Source: Alphaproteobacteria bacterium
GTDB taxonomy: Bacteria; Pseudomonadota; Alphaproteobacteria; UBA2966
Length of the DNA: 64,000 bases
NCBI GenBank assembly: GCA_030740435.1
Contig: JASLXG010000039.1
Coordinates: forward strand, 595-64,594
Reading direction: 5' to 3'
The translations under genes and the position numbers were made by a program. Under the pieces are notes generated by a model. The model ran no database searches, was not told the DNA's origin, and was given only the letters and a program-made list of their open reading frames with translations. Shown here piece by piece: positions 58,998-64,000 of the stretch. The first letter of the stretch is position 1. Every line of letters begins with the position of its first letter.

Positions 58998-59984
58998 GTG
59001 ATCGTGGTGACCGGCGCCGCCGGCTTCATCGGCTCCAACATCGTGGCCGCCCTGGAAGCCCGGGGCGAGAGCGATATCGTGGCCTGCGACCGCCTGGGCG
59101 GCGACGAGAGCTGGCGCAACCTGGCCAAGCGCGAACTGGTCGACATCGTGGCGCCGGAAAAGCTCTTCGGCTTTCTCAAACGCCTTGGCTCCGAGGTCTC
59201 CACTATCTTTCACATGGGGGCGGTGTCGTCGACCACCACCAGCGACGCCGCCCACACCATCGAGAACAACCTGCACTTTCCCCTCAGGCTGTGGCAGTGG
59301 TGCGCCGACAACCAGGTGCGCCTGATCTATGCCTCCTCGGCCGCGACCTACGGCGATGGCAGCCAGGGCTTCGACGACGACGGCTCGGTGGCCGGCCTGG
59401 CGGCGCTTAAGCCGCTCAATCTCTATGGCTGGAGCAAGCACCTCTTCGACCGCCGCGTGGCGCGCCTGGTGAGCCAGCGCCGGCCGGCACCGGCGCAGTG
59501 GGTGGGGCTCAAGTTCTTCAACGTCTACGGTCCCAACGAATACCACAAGGGCGAGATGCAAAGCCTGGTCTCCAAGACCCACCAGCGCCTGGCCGCCGGC
59601 CGGCCGGCCTACCTTTTCCGTTCGCACCACGCGGACTATGCCGACGGCGGCCAGTTGCGCGACTTCGTTTCGGTCGACGATTGCCTCGACGTGATGATGT
59701 GGCTCTATGACCAGCCGGCGGTCAACGGCCTCTTCAACCTGGGCACGGGCCAGGCCCGCAGCTTCCAGGATCTCGTTCTGGCCGTCTTCAAGGCGCTGGA
59801 CCGCGAGCCCGAGATCGAATGGGGCGACACGCCCGAGAGCATCCGCGACAAGTACCAGTACTTCACCGAGGCCCGCATGGAGCGCCTGCGCGCCGCCGGC
59901 TACCAACGTCCCTTCCGCACCCTGGAAGCCGGCGTCGGCGCTTACGTCAAGGATTTCCTGGAACAGCCGGACCCCTATCGCTAG
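58998..59984 (+). CDS. hldD: ADP-L-glycero-D-manno-heptose-6-epimerase
   Basis: SDR Rossmann motif MIVVTGAAGFIGSNIV, the YxxxK catalytic region, and the length and overall pattern of HldD/RfaD. The GTG at 58998 is preceded by the RBS GGAGGGAGA. Confidence 0.9.
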   Translation: MIVVTGAAGFIGSNIVAALEARGESDIVACDRLGGDESWRNLAKRELVDIVAPEKLFGFLKRLGSEVSTIFHMGAVSSTTTSDAAHTIENNLHFPLRLWQWCADNQVRLIYASSAATYGDGSQGFDDDGSVAGLAALKPLNLYGWSKHLFDRRVARLVSQRRPAPAQWVGLKFFNVYGPNEYHKGEMQSLVSKTHQRLAAGRPAYLFRSHHADYADGGQLRDFVSVDDCLDVMMWLYDQPAVNGLFNLGTGQARSFQDLVLAVFKALDREPEIEWGDTPESIRDKYQYFTEARMERLRAAGYQRPFRTLEAGVGAYVKDFLEQPDPYR

Positions 59985-60436
59985 GAATTTTCGTCCTGTT
60001 GGCGCTGCAGGCGCTCGGCGGCGGCGCGGGCGAAGCGCAGCGTCAGGGCCCGGCGGCGGTTGGCGTTGAGCCGGCGCCGGGGTGCCGGGCGGGCGACATC
60101 GGCGCCAAAGCGGTCGGCGATCATCAGTCCGTGTTCCGCGGGCAATTCGGCGCGGGGGAAATCGGCCGCCACGGCAAAGTAAAAAAAATCGCAGTAATCA
60201 AGGTATTCCGGCCATTTGCGGTCGGCCCGCAAGTCGCCCAGGCTGGCCTTGATCTCGGCCACGGCGACCGTGCCGCGGCGGTCGATGGCGGCCACGTCGA
60301 CGCGCCGGCCGTTGCCCAGGGGAAACTCGACCAGCGGCGCGAATCCCCTGTCGAGGAAGGCCCGGCAGACGCCGCGGGCCAAGTCCCGGGCCTCCGGGCC
60401 GTCGGCCTTTTCCGCCTTGCCGTCGTGCTCACCCAT
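59981..60436 (-). CDS. MmcB-like PD-(D/E)XK nuclease-fold protein (alphaproteobacterial DNA-repair-associated family)
   Basis: 151-aa product. Putative PD-(D/E)XK elements: D…(A/V)EIK (…GRRVDVAAIDRRGTVAVAEIKASLGDL…) plus a conserved C-terminal CDFFYFAV segment. ATG at 60434-60436 with the RBS GGGGGAG. The family label is from memory. The 3' end overlaps the hldD 3' end by 4 nt. Confidence 0.5.
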   Translation of the reverse strand: MGEHDGKAEKADGPEARDLARGVCRAFLDRGFAPLVEFPLGNGRRVDVAAIDRRGTVAVAEIKASLGDLRADRKWPEYLDYCDFFYFAVAADFPRAELPAEHGLMIADRFGADVARPAPRRRLNANRRRALTLRFARAAAERLQRQQDENS

Positions 60437-60515
60437 GGTTGCCACTCCCCCGCCATTGTAGCCGAGTGCCACCAGCTTGCGATAACATGGCGTTCTCGGC
60501 AAAGGGAGTAAGACC

Positions 60516-61193
60516 ATGGCGAAGGAACGTCGGTGGGGACGTGAAGGGGCGTTGCTGGGTTTGGGGTTGCTGCTGCTGCCGGCCGGCGCCGGCGCCGGCG
60601 AGCCGGTGGCCATCGTCGAGGACATCCAGGCGGCCGGTAGCAAGGTCCAGTTCATGGATTATCTGGAACTGGGCCAGGTCGTCGAGTTGGGGGCGGGCGG
60701 CCAGCTTGTGCTGGGTTATTTGCGATCCTGTCAGCAGGAAAGCATCAGCGGCGGCCGGGTTACCGTGGGGCGTGAACAGAGCCAGGTCGAAGGCGGCCAG
60801 GTGGCACGCGAGTTGGTCGAGTGCGACGGCGGCAAGCCCAGGCTGGGCAGCGATACCAAGGGCAAGAGCGGTGTCATGGTGTTTCGGGCGCCGCCCAAGA
60901 AAAGCGCCGCCGCCCGCCATGAGCTCAAGCTGACGATCTATGGTGCCAGCCCCATTTTCGTGGTCGGCAATGGCGCCTCCGGCAGCCTCACCGTCGAACG
61001 CCTCGACCGTCCCGGCGAGCCCCTGGAGCTGGAGCTCGAGGCCGGCCGCGTCGACTTGGTCGAGGCCGACGAGGAACTGGCGCCGGGCGGCATCTACCGC
61101 GCCAGCGGCGGCAAAGGGACAATCGTCTTCCGGGTCGACCGCTACGCCCGGCCAGGTGCCGAGCCGCTGCTTTCGCGTCTGGTGCAGTTCTAG
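60516..61193 (+). CDS. hypothetical exported protein, possibly FecR-domain-like
   Basis: Signal peptide (LLGLGLLLLPAGAGAG), then a beta-rich Gly/Val-rich region (…LELGQVVELGAGGQLVLGYLRSCQQESISGGRVTVG…). Lies immediately upstream of the CHASE2 cyclase gene. Confidence 0.5.
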   Translation: MAKERRWGREGALLGLGLLLLPAGAGAGEPVAIVEDIQAAGSKVQFMDYLELGQVVELGAGGQLVLGYLRSCQQESISGGRVTVGREQSQVEGGQVARELVECDGGKPRLGSDTKGKSGVMVFRAPPKKSAAARHELKLTIYGASPIFVVGNGASGSLTVERLDRPGEPLELELEAGRVDLVEADEELAPGGIYRASGGKGTIVFRVDRYARPGAEPLLSRLVQF

Positions 61194-61223
61194 CTGCCGC
61201 GGTCCAGGGAAGCGGTCGCCAGT

Positions 61224-63363
61224 ATGCGGGCCCGGGACGCACTAGCGGCGCTGGTCATCGCGTTGGCCGTATCCCTGCTGCCACTGCTGCCGCAGGCCGA
61301 GCGCCTGGAAGGATTATCGCTGGACGCCCTGACCTGGCTCCGCCACCAGGCCTTCGCGCCACGCCACGCCCCGGCCCAGTCACCGACCGTGGTCATCGCC
61401 ATCGACGAGGCGACCTACCGGGCCCAGCCCTTCCAGGGCGTGCCCAAGGTCTTCTGGACCCGCGAGATCGGCCAGGTTCTCGATGCCGTGGTCGAGGCCG
61501 GCGCCAAGGTGGTCGGCTTCGACGTCATCTACCCGACCTCGGTCGAACGCTATATCCGCGGCTTCGACCGCGACTTTCTGCTGGCGCTGAGGCGGGCGGC
61601 GGGCGATGGCAAGGTGGTGCTGGGCAAGGTGCAGCACAGCGAACAACCGATCGCCCCCACGCCGGCCAGAGTTTCGCGGTGCGCCACGGCCGTAACATCC
61701 GGGCGCTCAACCTGGTCGAGGACCCGGACGGCGTGATCCGCCGTATCCCCTTGTTCCTGACGGCCGAGGGGACGGCCGGCCAGAGCCGCCAGGAACCCTC
61801 GATGGCGCTGGAACTGGCGGCGCGGGCCCTCGACGTGCAGCCGGAATCTATCGGCAACGGGGCCGGCGGCGGCCTGGCCCTGGCGGGATACCGAATTCCC
61901 GGCTCGGCCGGCAACGCCATGGCCATCGATTTCGACACCCAGCCCGGGGCGCTGCCGACGTATTCCTTTGCCGACCTGCAGGCCTGCGCGGCGGCCGGCG
62001 ACGGCGACTATTTCGCCCGCCACTTCGCCGGCAAGGTGGTGCTGCTGGGCGGCGTGCTCGACGTCGAGGATCGCAAGCTGACGACCATGCGCTACGCCAC
62101 TTCGGCCGACGGCGCGGCGCCGCCGCCGGCCTGCCGCGAGGCCGGCACGCCGGCCCCACCAGGCTTCGCCCGCGACACCATTGCCGGCGTCTACATCCAC
62201 GCCCAGGCCGTCAACAACCTGCTGCGCGGCGAGGCCTTGGCCGAGCTGGGGCCGTTGGCCTATTGGCTCTGGTCGCTACCGCTGACGCTGCTGGCGGCGT
62301 TGTTGACCATGCTGCTCAGGCCGTTGCCGGCGGGTTCGCTGCTGCTGTTGGCTGGGATCGGCTGGACGGCGCTCGCGACTTTCGCCTTCCAAAGCGGCGC
62401 CGTGCTGCCGCTGTTTGATCCGCTGCTCTCGGGCGGGCTTTCCTGCGCCGCGCTGCTGGGCTACCGCTTCGCCGTCAGCGACCGCGACCGGCGCCTGCTG
62501 CGGCGTTCCTTCGCGCTCTACCTGGCGCCGGCCGTGATCGACCGCATGGTGGACGGCCAGCGCCTGCCCGAGCTGGGCGGCGAGACCCGCCAGCTCAGCG
62601 TCTGGTTCTCCGACATCGAGAAGTTCTCGGGTCTTTCCGAGGGCTTGGCGCCGGCCGAACTGGTGCGATTTCTCAATGTCTACCTTTCGGCATGAGCGAC
62701 ATCGTCGAGGCCCACGGCGGCTTCGTCGACAAATACATCGGCGATGCCATCGTCGCCGTCTTCGGGGCGCCGCACGAGGATCCCGATCATGCCCTCAATG
62801 CGGTGCGCTCGGCGCTGGCCTGCCGCCAGCGGCTGGGCGCCATGCAGGCCGAGCTGGGCCTGCCCAACGGAAGCACGCTGAACGCGCGAATCGGTATCAA
62901 TACGGGCCAGATTCTGGTCGGCAACATCGGCTCGCACCGGCGCTTCAACTACACCGTCATGGGCGACGCGGTGAACCTGGCCTCGCGCCTCGAGGGCGTC
63001 AACAAGGCCTACGGCAGCCAGATCATCGCCAGCGGCGAGACCGTGGCGGCCTGCGGCGACGCCATCGTCTTCCGCGAGCTCGACAGCGTCCAGGTGGTGG
63101 GCCGCGAGAGCCCGGTGGCGATCTTCGAGGCGCTGGCCGCTGCCGCCGACTGCCCGGCCCAGAGCCGCAGCCTGGCAACCGCCTACGGGGCTGCCCTGGC
63201 GGCCTATCGCCAACGCCGCTTCGCCCAAGCCGAGGCGGCCTTCGAGGACCTGGCCCAGGCCGGCGACGTGGCCGCCCGCACCCTGGCCGGCCGGGCCCGG
63301 GCGCTGACCCTCGAGCCGCCGCCACCTGACTGGCGGGGCGTGACGGCGCTGGACAGCAAGTAG
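61224..63363 (+). pseudogene. CHASE2-domain adenylate/guanylate cyclase (class III) interrupted by two -1 frameshifts
   Basis: Three consecutive ORFs (61224-61736 frame 0, 61679-62695 frame 2, 62692-63363 frame 1) together encode signal/TM, CHASE2, TM helices and the cyclase catalytic domain. At the second junction the residues run continuously across the break (…RFLNVYLSA|MSDIVEAHGGFVDKYIGDAIVAVFGAPHE…), implying exactly one missing base near 62690. The first shift lies between 61640 and 61680, near the C5 run at 61655-61659. Confidence 0.7.
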
Positions 63364-63452
63364 GGCCACGCTTGACCAAAGTCATGCGGGGTCGCAGGGC
63401 GCGTGTTAGCATCGGGCTGTTTTGACATCGGCGAGATCGTGGAATCAGGTTT

Positions 63453-64000
63453 GTGAATCCCCCTGGCCTTCATGACGGTGCGACCCGGGTGGGGCGTGAG
63501 ATCGTTGATCGCGTCGCCGCCATTCCGCTGTTCTCCGGGCTCGAGGAGGCGGCGGTGGAGAGGCTGCTGCGGGGCTCGTCCGTCGAGACCATCGACCGCG
63601 ACAGCGTGCTCTTTCGCCAGGGCGAGGCCGCTGACCGCTTCTATGTCGTGATCGACGGCCAGGTCGAGCTCTACGTCGAGGGCAACGAGGGCAACGATAG
63701 CGTGATCGACATTGCCGGCCCCGGCGCCAGCTTTGCCGAGGAGGCGATTTTCGACAGCGGCATCTTTACCGTCTGCGCCAAGGTCGTCGACCAGGCTCGC
63801 CTGGTGGTCGTCGAGGCCGACCCCTTCCTCGATCAGCTGCGCAACGATTTCGATCTGGTCACCGCCATCATGGCCCGCATGTCCCATCACCTGCGCACCC
63901 TGGTGCGCCAAATCAGCGAGCTCAAGCTCAAGACCACGGCCCAGCGCCTGGGCGGTTTTCTGCTCAGCCTCAGTGACGACGACAGCGGCCGGGCCACGGT
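63453..64000 (+). CDS. Crp/Fnr family transcriptional regulator, cNMP-binding domain (3' end lies outside the window)
   Basis: Frame-0 ORF is open from the stop at 63423 to the window end. cNMP-binding beta-roll (…IPLFSGLEEAAVERLL…VLFRQGEAADRFYVVIDGQVELYVEG…IAGPGASFAEEAIF…). Start is either the GTG at 63453 or the GTG at 63489. It is absent from the ORF track because no stop lies in the window. Confidence 0.7.
   Translation, partial: MNPPGLHDGATRVGREIVDRVAAIPLFSGLEEAAVERLLRGSSVETIDRDSVLFRQGEAADRFYVVIDGQVELYVEGNEGNDSVIDIAGPGASFAEEAIFDSGIFTVCAKVVDQARLVVVEADPFLDQLRNDFDLVTAIMARMSHHLRTLVRQISELKLKTTAQRLGGFLLSLSDDDSGRAT

Noticed and set aside
60124-60456. 110-aa minus-strand ORF inside or overlapping the MmcB-like gene region and other 60-120-aa Arg/Pro-rich ORFs scattered through the track
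   Set aside because: Alternative-frame ORFs with extreme Arg/Pro/Ala bias, overlapping better-supported genes. Not called.

Overview
This 64-kb window is a very GC-rich (about 65-67 percent) alphaproteobacterial chromosome segment. Its gene content (MucR/Ros, RegB/RegA, intracellular PHB depolymerase) suggests the Rhodospirillales/Rhizobiales neighbourhood. Most of it is core housekeeping DNA. I call about 60 protein genes. I found no rRNA, tRNA, CRISPR array, transposase or integrase gene. About half of the long ORFs in the six-frame track are antisense or shadow ORFs, typical of high-GC DNA, and I did not call them. Gene calls come from motif and family recognition by reading the translations, not from database searches. 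Start codons are my best guess from N-terminal family patterns and overlaps. Recognisable blocks on the plus strand: tsaB(3' end)-rimI; mucR and fur; miaB-phoH-ybeY-corC-lnt; an XRE regulator, then metK and trmB; rimP-nusA-ylxR/L7Ae-infB-rbfA-truB-rpsO-pnp followed by a translationally coupled NMO-like flavoprotein; ubiE-ubiB; coaBC-dut-rrf2-cysK-moeB; cobD; regB-regA plus a coupled PPP phosphatase; hldE-hldD. On the minus strand: rpsT, a rhodanese, dnaA-dnaN-recF-gyrB and a class A PBP; mutM; a phaZ-ycgN-dapA-like-ygjP-like operon; senC/SCO1; a SYLF protein, a histidine phosphatase and an ABC-2 exporter. The best candidate for an under-described system is a tightly linked module at 21.7-25.8 kb: a Fur-family (Irr/PerR-like) regulator, a rubrerythrin, an HdrD/GlpC-like CCG-domain Fe-S protein, a DUF3501 protein and a MetE-like Zn-methyltransferase. 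Other non-coding or anomalous features: a nested palindromic element between infB and rbfA; a 280-bp MITE-like element with roughly 40-bp terminal inverted repeats at 52.07-52.35 kb; paired palindromic hairpins between moeB and a convergent dehydrogenase gene; an in-frame 15-bp x3 tandem repeat inside phaZ; a CymR-like Rrf2 regulator coupled to cysK-moeB; a rhodanese gene ending 3 bp before dnaA; and a CHASE2 adenylate/guanylate cyclase gene interrupted by two -1 frameshifts.
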